NCBI GenBank assembly: GCA_965218425.1
Contig: OZ244621.1
Span: 416,001-480,000 of the forward strand
DNA: 64,000 bases
Reading direction: 5' to 3'
Origin: an uncultured Candidatus Binatia bacterium
Lineage (GTDB): Bacteria; Desulfobacterota; Binatia; UBA9968; CAXXLF01
In this document: piece after piece, positions 1 to 8,306 of the stretch
Layout: each line of letters opens with the position of its first letter
Position numbering within the stretch: the first letter of the stretch is position 1
Notes under the pieces: generated by a model
The model's input: only the letters and a program-made list of their open reading frames with translations
What the model was told of the DNA's origin: nothing
Database searches by the model: none
Program-made: the position numbers and the translations under genes

Positions 1-708
1 CAGCCTCCAACCCGTCATGGCGTAGAGTTTGGAAAATCCATTAAACACAAAGGCGCGATCGGTGAACTCCAGAGCCGAGTGAGCCTTTTCCCCGTAGGTC
101 AGGCCATGGTAGATTTCATCAGAGAGGAGCATGAAACCCAGTTGTGCGATCTTCTGCATGCGTTCCTCAGAGAGCAACGCTCCGGTGGGATTGGCGGGTG
201 AATTGATCAAAATACCTTTCGTGCGCGGTGACAGCTTTGGACAGACCGCCTCGGGATGGTACTGAAAACCATCATCCTCACTCACCTCCACGGCAATGGG
301 AACCCCACCCTGAAAGGTAATCATGTTAGCGTAACAAGCGTATCCAGGATCCGGCAGGACCACCTCATCTCCTTGCTCCAAAAGGGCGGATAAGGCCAAG
401 GCAATGCCTGGGGAGCTTCCAGCAGTGACAAGAATGCAGTCTGGCGAGACCTGAACACGATACAACTCCCAATATCTGTCGCTAATGGCCTCCCTGAGCT
501 CCAGTAACCCCATGCTGTGAGTGTAGCGGGTCTTCCCTTCACTCAAGGCGCGGGCAGCCGCCTCCCTGATGACTTGAGGAGTGTCGAAGTCTGGCTCCCC
601 CAGCTCCAGGTGGATGACTCGCTTGCCAGTTCTTTCAATCTCCTGGGCTCGCTCCAAGACATCCATTACGAGAAAGGGTGTCATGGTATCGGATTTATGT
701 GGGCTCAT
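1..708 (-). CDS. PLP-dependent aminotransferase class I/II (aspartate aminotransferase-like), 3' end runs off the window
   Basis: Manual translation: MSPHKSDTMTPFLVMDVLERA..LELGEPDFDTP..INSPANPTG..LSDEIYHGL..NGFSKLYAMTGWRL; absent from the ORF track because the stop is outside the window. Confidence 0.92.
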   Translation of the reverse strand, partial: MSPHKSDTMTPFLVMDVLERAQEIERTGKRVIHLELGEPDFDTPQVIREAAARALSEGKTRYTHSMGLLELREAISDRYWELYRVQVSPDCILVTAGSSPGIALALSALLEQGDEVVLPDPGYACYANMITFQGGVPIAVEVSEDDGFQYHPEAVCPKLSPRTKGILINSPANPTGALLSEERMQKIAQLGFMLLSDEIYHGLTYGEKAHSALEFTDRAFVFNGFSKLYAMTGWRL

Positions 709-732
709 CTTGCTTTTAGGTAACTGAGTGCG

Positions 733-960
733 TTGGGTTTATGGGATTTGTTGCGTTTATGGCGTTGGTTGGGCTTATCTAGTCTGTTTCGTCTTTCTAG
801 TCTATTCGGTCATTTCAGTTAATCTGGCTCTTGCGGTTTGTTTGGTTCTGGAGATGGAAAATCAGAAGTCAGAGGTCAGAAATCAGAGGTTAGACACCAG
901 ACGTTGAAAGTCAGAGGTCGGCCGCATCACCGATCTCCCACGTCTGTTCTCTGACATCTG
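733..960. repeat. Intergenic periodic repeat: about 13 degenerate 9-mers (GTYTRTYNN) followed by 7-mers (RRTCAGA) and a copy of a dispersed ~60 bp element
   Basis: gtttatggg-atttgttgc-gtttatggc-gttggttgg...; aatcaga-agtcaga-ggtcaga-aatcaga; homologous to 4887-4945, 6148-6205 and 17202-17272. Confidence 0.85.
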
Positions 961-980
961 AGATAGATCATCCGCCTCAC

Positions 981-1943
981 CTAGCCGACGCCCGCCACGC
1001 TGTCTTTGATGTCTTTGAACTCCTTGGTGAGGTATGCTTTGAGTTTTTTCTTGAGTCTTTCCTCAATCTGGCGCACCCGCTCACGACTGATCCCAAACTC
1101 CCCGCCGATCTCCCTGAGAGTAAGCGGGCTGTCGGTTAATAGACGCTTGTGGAATATATACAACTCCTTATCCTTGAGACCTTGAGCAAAATCTTGGATT
1201 TTCTCTTTCACCAGCCGGCGATACTCCACCTCTGCCAGTTGATCCTCCGGGGTCTCCTTATCATCGGGCAGGAAATTGAGCAGAGTCAAATCCTGGTCTT
1301 CACCAATGGGAACATCTGTGGACAGATCTCTATGGGACAAACGCTGTTCCATCTCCACGATCTCCCCCTCTTTCACCTCAAGGCGTTGGGCCAAGAGCTT
1401 TGGCCCCGGCGTGTATCCCTCCGCTTCCAGCTTCTCCTTTTCCTTTTGCAAATTGAAAAATAACCTCCGTTGAGCCTGCGTGGTGCCGATCTTGACCATG
1501 CGCCAATTGTTCATGATATAGCGAATGATGTAAGCGCGAATCCACCAGACTGCATAGGAAGGGAATCGAATGCCGCGGTATGGATCATACTTCTTGAGCC
1601 CCTCCATGAGGCCGACGTTTCCCTCCTGAATCAGATCCAGAAGGTTTCTAAATGCCTTTTCATACTCGCGCGCAATCATCACTACCAATCTGAGGTTAGA
1701 GGTCAGGAGCTTATAGGCGGCCTTGATATTGCCATACTCCTTATATTCCACTGCCAGCTGATGCTCTTCCTCCCGGCTTAGAAGGGGGTAACGTCGGATC
1801 TCACTCAAGTATCGTTGGAGTGAATCGAATGGAACAAGGGCCTTGTCAGAGGAATCCTCCCCCTGGTCGAGTTCCCCCTCTTCCAGAACTTCAACCTCAG
1901 GTACCTCGTTTCGGGGCTCTCTTTGATCATCATTCATTTGCAT
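981..1943 (-). CDS. rpoH: RNA polymerase sigma-32 factor
   Basis: Sigma70 regions (DLIQEGNVGL, YAVWWIRA, ISRERVRQIE) plus RpoH-box-like TTQAQRRLFFNLQK. Confidence 0.88.
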   Translation of the reverse strand: MQMNDDQREPRNEVPEVEVLEEGELDQGEDSSDKALVPFDSLQRYLSEIRRYPLLSREEEHQLAVEYKEYGNIKAAYKLLTSNLRLVVMIAREYEKAFRNLLDLIQEGNVGLMEGLKKYDPYRGIRFPSYAVWWIRAYIIRYIMNNWRMVKIGTTQAQRRLFFNLQKEKEKLEAEGYTPGPKLLAQRLEVKEGEIVEMEQRLSHRDLSTDVPIGEDQDLTLLNFLPDDKETPEDQLAEVEYRRLVKEKIQDFAQGLKDKELYIFHKRLLTDSPLTLREIGGEFGISRERVRQIEERLKKKLKAYLTKEFKDIKDSVAGVG

Positions 1944-2184
1944 GTAAATCCTCGAACACCACCGTTAAAAAATTATAGGTCTTTTAGCCGAATTTGCAAT
2001 GAGCACTTGCCCGTGGCTTTCCGGTTCAGGTGGAAATCACCAAGGACCGGCCTTGGAGCGGTAATTCACCAAGACCAGGGTCCCGGGAGGAGTTCCACGC
2101 CGAATATTGAGCCTGCACTCCGGCAGGGTTTATCTTGACAGACTGCCCCAGTAACTTTATCTTCATCAATGGTGAGGTAATGCT

Positions 2185-2673
2185 ATGGGCATCTGGAGTA
2201 GTCTAAGAACTCTTTTTGGGGCACCTTCCAAGAGAAACGGTGAAGGTGAGTCGCTTGACCTGCTAGGGACTCTAATGAATGATTATCACCTTCTAAGACG
2301 GCTGGCCAGGCAGATCGACGCCCACGCAGCAAGCGCACCCTATCCATATATATCCAAGCGCCTGAAACGAATTGCCCTTGAAAAAGAGCAGGAGGCAAGA
2401 CTTCTAAAGGAAAGAATAGTTCAACTAGGAGGTCAACCTGAAGAGGTAGAGCCGGGTCTCCGCTCAGGGAAAAACCATTGGGCAAGGATGGTCCAGGACT
2501 CCGAGGATGAAAAGGAACTGGAAGATCAGTTTTTAGACGATGCCCTACGACTTGGGTCAGAAGCGCCCGAGATTGCAGAACTATTACGACAGCTGGTTTC
2601 CAGCAAGGCATTTCATCGGGACGACCTGCAAGATCTCGTCGCGAAGGCGGACCCTCAGGCATCTCAGAGCTAA
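2185..2673 (+). CDS. Ferritin-like four-helix domain protein
   Basis: 162 aa helical ORF, LKERIVQLGGQP motif typical of ferritin-like folds; GAGGT RBS upstream. Confidence 0.6.
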   Translation: MGIWSSLRTLFGAPSKRNGEGESLDLLGTLMNDYHLLRRLARQIDAHAASAPYPYISKRLKRIALEKEQEARLLKERIVQLGGQPEEVEPGLRSGKNHWARMVQDSEDEKELEDQFLDDALRLGSEAPEIAELLRQLVSSKAFHRDDLQDLVAKADPQASQS

Positions 2674-2716
2674 GCTGGAGAATTTGAAAGGAATTTTAGG
2701 GAACAGCTGGGAACCG

Positions 2717-2944
2717 TTACAGGATACTGTAACTCTTAGTGTTCGACCTCGGATAGCCCCCGGGTGCGCGCGCAAAAGCCATATCCAGGGCCATACCTGT
2801 CATTATGGCATGCCAGGCGTCATCTCCCGACAATCCCGCAAGTTTAAAGGACCGCCAAAGAATGATTATATCCTGCTCCGTCAAGTCATCGAAATTTTCA
2901 ATCTGAAATTGCTCATTTTTTACTACGACTTGATTTGCCTTCAT
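2717..2944 (-). CDS. Small hypothetical protein
   Basis: 75 aa ORF with ATG and GAAGGG RBS. Confidence 0.5.
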   Translation of the reverse strand: MKANQVVVKNEQFQIENFDDLTEQDIIILWRSFKLAGLSGDDAWHAIMTGMALDMAFARAPGGYPRSNTKSYSIL

Positions 2945-3166
2945 AGCACCCCTTCACCGAGGACTGGCTTTAGCTAGGTCCGTAGGGCAATCCTCATGCC
3001 ACGCCCATAACCTACTGAACTTGCATACAAAGCAAATACATGGAAGGGCATCCTTCCATGCACCGAAAGCAGATTTGGCAAATAATTGGCACTTTTTGTA
3101 CAATGACCGCCCAACATACGTAGGCACATATTGTAGGTTGCTGGCGAAACAGGAAGCAGCGCCGAC

Positions 3167-3568
3167 TCAGTCAACTACGGCGATTGCGGAGATTTCCACC
3201 ATACAATCAGAGTTGTAAAGGCTCTTTGCCTCTATGAGTGTAACAGCGGGGAAATACTTGCCAAAAACTTCCCTGTAGGCGCTGCCGATGGGTTTTTTAT
3301 TCTGCAGGTAGGCCTGTAAATCAGTAATATACATGGTAAGCGAGGCATATTGATTTGGCCGCCCCCCTGCTGCCTCAATGGCAATCTTGAGATTTCCCAT
3401 TACCTGCCGAAATTGTGCGACGAAATCTCCCTTTCCCACAACATGGCCATTCGCATCGAATGGGGCTTGCCCGGCGACCAACACGATATTTCCCGACTTG
3501 ATCCTCGCCACGTGGGAATACCCCACAGGATTTTCCAGCCCGGATGGATTGATCAAATCAAAAGCCAT
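3167..3568 (-). CDS. RidA/YjgF family protein
   Basis: GYSHVA, LVAGQ, FPAVTLIE, MVEISAIAV motifs. Confidence 0.9.
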   Translation of the reverse strand: MAFDLINPSGLENPVGYSHVARIKSGNIVLVAGQAPFDANGHVVGKGDFVAQFRQVMGNLKIAIEAAGGRPNQYASLTMYITDLQAYLQNKKPIGSAYREVFGKYFPAVTLIEAKSLYNSDCMVEISAIAVVD

Positions 3569-3597
3569 ATTTTTATCCTTTCCATCAACAATAATCT

Positions 3598-3792
3598 CGC
3601 GTCAAGACACTTATGACTCGCGCAAAGACGTAAGGGACGCCAAGGGAGGAATTCTTGCTCAATCGGGAGATGACGATTGGGCAAAAGACCTGGTATACCT
3701 ACGTATTTAGAAGAGCCATGTTTTTGTTTGTCGTCGTCTCCCGACAAACAAAAATAGTAAATCTCTGCGACCTCTGCGCCTCTGCGGTAAAT
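3598..3792. repeat. Intergenic 9-mer repeat element (CGCAAAGAC / CTCTGCGNC type) with internal hairpin
   Basis: cgcaaagacgtaagggacgccaag ... tttttgtttgtcg-tcgtctcc-cgacaaacaaaaa ... ctctgcgacctctgcgcctctgcgg; related to 61214-61250 and 62502-62585. Confidence 0.75.
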
Positions 3793-3822
3793 CATTATCT
3801 GCGATTAATAGCCTGTGATGCT

Positions 3823-4827
3823 TTAGCTGATAAGTTCGCCCATGCCGGTGATGAAGCTTCTAACCTCCCCCACCACATCCTCAGAGGCCGGAACATAGGG
3901 AAGGATAATACGGGTAGCACCGGCTTCTTTATAGGGCTGGATTTTCGACCAGACCTCTTCAGCCGAAGTGGCAGCCACCAACGGCAAGCCGCTGAAGAGC
4001 CGATCCGTGATCTCGGCGCGCGCCGCCTGAAAACCAGAAGCGCGCCAAGCCTGTCGCATATTTTCCACCTCAGTGCCAAAACCCATGCGGCCTAAGAGGT
4101 CACGATAGTAATCCGCCAGGGCATAATAGGTCAGCACCCCGCTCATGGCGTTACGGGCACGAGCATAGTCCTTTACAACGCAGCATCGTACCTTGCAGAT
4201 GATCTCCATATCCTTGAGCTCCCGGCCGCAGTCCTCTGCCCCCTGATTGACCTCAGAGATGATGCGACGAATTTGTGTCGGATCGGCCATATTGATAAGC
4301 ACACCGTCGGATATTTTTCCCGCCAGCCGGCTCATCTGTGGTCCAAAGGCTGCAAGGTAAACGGGGATAGACTTCCCCGTTGGCTTGAACGCTATCTTGA
4401 ATCCGTCTGCCTGGAAAAATTTACCATCGAACCTCAGCTTTTCGCCTGCCACGGCACGGCGCACGATTTCTAAATACTCCCTTACTCGCCCAATGGGACG
4501 ATCAAAGGAAGCCCCATGCCATCGGGCAATGGTTGGGTTGGAGACTCCCACTCCTAAAAGGAATCTCCCCTGGGAAAGCTCATGGAGACCCATGGCCTGT
4601 AGCGCCAAGGTCGCCGGGGTACGACCGAGGATATGATAGACGGCGGAGCCGATCTTGAGGCGCTTGGTCACCGCAGCAATAGAGGCGAGCATCACCGTAG
4701 GGTCTTTATTGTTAGCCTCGCCACCCCAGGCGCAATCGAACCCATTGCCCTCCGCTAGTCGCGCAAGTTTAGGGATAGCATCCATGGGCAACTGGGCCCC
4801 CGAGTTGAATTCGATGTCCAACCGCAT
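3823..4827 (-). CDS. LLM-class flavin/F420-dependent oxidoreductase
   Basis: LAEGNGFDCAW, LKIGSAV, SQGRFLLGVG, PVYLAAFGPQM, ISDGV motifs. Confidence 0.9.
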   Translation of the reverse strand: MRLDIEFNSGAQLPMDAIPKLARLAEGNGFDCAWGGEANNKDPTVMLASIAAVTKRLKIGSAVYHILGRTPATLALQAMGLHELSQGRFLLGVGVSNPTIARWHGASFDRPIGRVREYLEIVRRAVAGEKLRFDGKFFQADGFKIAFKPTGKSIPVYLAAFGPQMSRLAGKISDGVLINMADPTQIRRIISEVNQGAEDCGRELKDMEIICKVRCCVVKDYARARNAMSGVLTYYALADYYRDLLGRMGFGTEVENMRQAWRASGFQAARAEITDRLFSGLPLVAATSAEEVWSKIQPYKEAGATRIILPYVPASEDVVGEVRSFITGMGELIS

Positions 4828-4844
4828 TTCCCGAACAGTAAGAA

Positions 4845-5048
4845 GTCAAAAGTGATTAGTCAATGGCCAACAAACCAGATGTCAGAGAACAAGAAGTCAG
4901 ACGTCGGAAGTCCAACCTATTACCAATTTCTGACGTTCGATCCCTCGAACTCAATAAACGCAACAAACGCGATAAACCCAAAGAACTCGACGAACCCAAT
5001 CGACTAGTAAACAGAATCGACGCAACAGACCACATAGACGGAATAGGC
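4845..5048. repeat. Intergenic periodic repeat: 7-mer element plus about 11 9-mers (RACNNRAYA)
   Basis: aactcaata-aacgcaaca-aacgcgata-aacccaaag-aactcgacg...; shares about 40 bp nearly identically with 6193-6235. Confidence 0.85.
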
Positions 5049-5083
5049 TTGTCATTGCCCCAAACCTGGGTTATAGACAGACT

Positions 5084-6007
5084 GTGATTATCGACGCCCA
5101 CGCCCATTTAGCACCAAAGAGCTGGTACAATCCCAGGTCCCCCCAGGCCATCTTTAACATCGATTGGGTGCTGGAAGAACAGGAGAAAGCCAAAGTTGAC
5201 CTAACCGTCTTTGGCAACAACTGGATTCGCACTCCGCCAGGGTCACAGCCTCTAGACGTCGTTAAAGAATTTAACGAGTTCGCTGCCGACGTGACGGCCA
5301 AATATCCGGGGCGGATGTTGGGCCTCGCCTGTTCAGTCGCCTTTGGCGGCGATTCGTTTCTGAAGGAGACGGAACATGCCATCCGCGATTACGGCCTCAA
5401 AGGCATCATGATCAACTCCAGCGTCCAGGGTGAATACTTGGATTCACCCCGTGCCACACCTTTTTTCCAGTTGGTTTCGGATTTGGATGTTCCCGTTTTT
5501 ATCCATCCCCCTCGCGTTACGATTGGGGCGGAAAAGATGGAGATTTTCCGCCTTCCGGAGATGGTAGGAAGGCCTTTTGACACCACCCTGTCTCTCACCC
5601 GCTTCATTTTTACCGGAGGGCTGGAGAGATTTTCACGGCTCAAGCTGGTCTGCGCCCATGTCGGCGGCGCCCTTCCCATGCTGCCAGGAAGACTCGACTT
5701 TGGGTATGAGCTGAGAGAGGACAAGAGCTTCGGACCATGGGAGCCGGACGTGATGACCCGCCCACCCAGCACCTATATTCGCCAGCTCTATTTCGACACC
5801 ATGGGCTTTCACCCGCCGGCAATCAAATGCGCCGTTGAAACGGTAGGAGCAGACCACGTGGTCTTTGGCAGCGACTTCCCCCCCGTCCCCATCCCGCTCA
5901 AACGATCCGTGGATGCCGTCCACCAGACCGATCTTTCCGATCAGGACAAGGCAAAGGTCCTCGGTGGCAACCTGGCAAAGCTCCTGCGCCTGCCGGATGG
6001 TCAATAG
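5084..6007 (+). CDS. Amidohydrolase family protein (Amidohydro_2, ACMSD-like)
   Basis: IDAHAH, VFIHP, AHVGG, VFGSDFP metal-binding motifs. Confidence 0.92.
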   Translation: MIIDAHAHLAPKSWYNPRSPQAIFNIDWVLEEQEKAKVDLTVFGNNWIRTPPGSQPLDVVKEFNEFAADVTAKYPGRMLGLACSVAFGGDSFLKETEHAIRDYGLKGIMINSSVQGEYLDSPRATPFFQLVSDLDVPVFIHPPRVTIGAEKMEIFRLPEMVGRPFDTTLSLTRFIFTGGLERFSRLKLVCAHVGGALPMLPGRLDFGYELREDKSFGPWEPDVMTRPPSTYIRQLYFDTMGFHPPAIKCAVETVGADHVVFGSDFPPVPIPLKRSVDAVHQTDLSDQDKAKVLGGNLAKLLRLPDGQ

Positions 6008-6268
6008 CAGATAGTGAGCAGTAGGCGGATAGCGGCGGACAGTTCTTCCGCACCACTCCAAGCCATCCCAGTTATAGCGAGCAGTAAACAGCAACCGGTA
6101 AGCTCAACAGCCCTAGCCGCTTCCCGATAAACCAGATCAACACCTCCCAGATGTCAGAGGACAGAGGTCGGAGATCGGTGACGTGGCTGACCTCTGACGT
6201 CCGATCCCTCGAACTCAATAAACCCAACAAACGCAAGAAACTTAATAAACGCGAAAAACCCAATCGAC
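6004..6268. repeat. Intergenic periodic repeat between convergent genes
   Basis: cagatgtcagaggacagaggtcggagatcggtgacgtggctgacctctgacg is the reverse complement of the 910-960 element; followed by 9-mers aactcaata-aacccaaca-aacgcaaga. Confidence 0.85.
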
Positions 6269-6735
6269 TAAATAGACAAAATGACCGGATAGATTAAAAG
6301 ATGCGCGGCAAGGTTGGCGTAGATGGCCGCCACCACATCATCCATCAAAACATGGACGGTTCCGCTATTTTTGTCGAAGTATGAAGCCGGAAACGGCTTC
6401 AGAATGTCGAAAGCACGAAACAAGACAAAAGAGAAGACAATGAACATCAGGCTGCCCTGATGTATGGGACTCAAAAGAGCGATCCACTGACCCACCACCT
6501 CATCATACACCACGTAACTGGGGTCTGATATCTGAGACGAACGCAAGAGGACCGCTGTGGCCTTCAATCCGGCAATAACCAGGGCCAGCGTCACTCCAAT
6601 GAGAATCAGGTTGTGCTGCAGGAAGGGAACAAAATAATAAACCGCCACCGCAACCGCACTGGCAACGGTCCCTGAGGCAACAGGTGCATAACCCACATAG
6701 CAAAAGCTTCCGATAACAACAGCCCACCGTGGCAT
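6268..6735 (-). CDS. pgpA: Phosphatidylglycerophosphatase A
   Basis: APVASGT, DPSYVVYDEVVGQ, LFRAFDILKPFP, LMDDVVA motifs. Confidence 0.92.
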   Translation of the reverse strand: MPRWAVVIGSFCYVGYAPVASGTVASAVAVAVYYFVPFLQHNLILIGVTLALVIAGLKATAVLLRSSQISDPSYVVYDEVVGQWIALLSPIHQGSLMFIVFSFVLFRAFDILKPFPASYFDKNSGTVHVLMDDVVAAIYANLAAHLLIYPVILSI

Positions 6736-6871
6736 AACCTATCGCATCCTGTTTAGAGCACCATGTTCCATGAACAAGTCAATTACCGCCATTCGGAAGG
6801 GATCACTTGCTGCACAGGATTGGTCGCGCGTAATATTTATCTTGCGCGATTTTAGTTTTGGTCTGATTGGA

Positions 6872-7896
6872 TTATCCAATGCTTTTGAGGGTTACTTTAA
6901 ATTTGCGGGTTCTCCCCTGCCGCACGATGCTCACAGTCACCGTCTCACCGATTACGTCCCCCAGGATCACTTGATCGGTAAAATCCCGGCGGGTGCCGCG
7001 CAAAACCGCTTTTGCTCCTGCCCCCCCGGGCCTGACGTCGACGATTAAAGTCCCCGACAAGCCCATCTCCTGGGTCAACTGGTCCTCAGCCACCTGCACC
7101 TCGAGACCGGGTCGAGTCACTTTCCCGCACCGGATCAGTTGTGGAACGATGCGGTTAACCGTATTTACGGGAATGGCAAAGCTGCTCCCTACGGACGCTC
7201 CTGACGGACTAAGGATTGCGGTGTTCACGCCGATGAGACGCCCAGAACTATCGAGCAAGGGTCCCCAGAGTTTCCGGGATTGATGGCAGCGTCCGTCTGT
7301 ATTACCCCCTGTATGGGTCGGAGCGTTACGAACTCAATCTCCCGCCCCAGCGCGCTATTGATACCCGTAGTCAGAGTCTGGTCCAATCCGAAGGGGTTGC
7401 CTATGGCAAAGACCTTCCGCCCCACTTGAAGATCATCCGAGGTGCCAATGAGAGTTGGTTTGAGACGGCTTCTGGGAGCCTCGATGCGCAGCACCGCCAG
7501 GTCCTTATCCGGGGCCACTCCCACACGACGGGCTTTCCAGGTGGAGTGATCCGCCAGGGTCACCTGCGCAACGTCAGAGCTCTGAATCACATGAAAGCTG
7601 GTTACGATATGTCCAGCCTTGTCCCATACAATACCCGACCCTGTGCCTTCCGGGATTTGATCCATATTGAGGGAAAAGAAATCCCGCTGCACCGTCAGCA
7701 GGGTGATATTCACCACTGAAGGCGAAGCACCACGAAAAAGCTTGATGGTGGACTTCTCATCAGAGTCGAGATTCCCCCGGCGTGTTACGGGACGCGGATA
7801 CCCTTGTCGATCCGCAGCTCCATTCTCCCGTACCCAAACTTGCGAGGGCAGCAGTGCCTCCATTACGAGCACAACGACGATTGATCGAACATGCAT
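6872..7896 (-). pseudogene. HtrA/DegP-like serine protease, frameshifted with shortened PDZ domain
   Basis: GTGSG, TSFHV, DLAVL, QTDAAINPGNSG then one missing G at 7263-7266; the frame resumes as PLLDSSGRLIGVNTAI; PDZ reads GDVI-GETV, apparently deleted. Confidence 0.85.
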
Positions 7897-7944
7897 TTCT
7901 CAATGAAGATAGCTGTCGATCGGAGAACTGTCAACGATATCTGC

Positions 7945-8255
7945 GTTATTCAGTTCGGTCTGCCTGGCCTGTTTGGTTGATTGGGTTTTTCCCGTTTATG
8001 GCGTTATTGCGTTTCTTGAGTTCGTTGAATTTAACGGGTTCAATAGGTTTGTTGCGTTTGCTTAGTCTATTCTGTTTATCTCGTCTATTTCGTTGATATC
8101 GTCCTAACTGGACGGAAACCACCAAAGAGGCTAAGCGAACAAGATAGACTGACCGATGGGCCGCCCTGCTGCCGACCGCATCTTGCAAACTGGTTGGGAA
8201 AGCTGCCCACTGGTATTTGCCAACTATTGACCAATCACCATGGACTCACTACAAT
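7945..8255. repeat. Intergenic periodic 9-mer tract and degenerate 7-mer tract
   Basis: gtttttccc-gtttatggc-gttattgc-gtttcttga-gttcgttga...; ctgccca-ctggtat-ttgccaa-ctattga-ccaatca. Confidence 0.8.
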
Positions 8256-8306
8256 CAACCATTCTCATTTGACTGGTCGTGACTGAACAATGGTCACGGC
8301 TCACCC

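Noticed and set aside
3039..3100. Sigma54 promoter-like TGGCA motifs and a palindrome
   Set aside because: The -12 TTGC element is not matched and no gene is suitably oriented
4856..5107. Short ORFs over the periodic repeats (also 6072-6263, 7782-8188, 3553-3795)
   Set aside because: Low-complexity translations of the 7-mer and 9-mer repeats, with no RBS or domain evidence
733..8100. Periodic arrays as CRISPR
   Set aside because: Units are 7-9 bp with no conserved 23-47 bp repeat or unique spacers, and no cas genes are present
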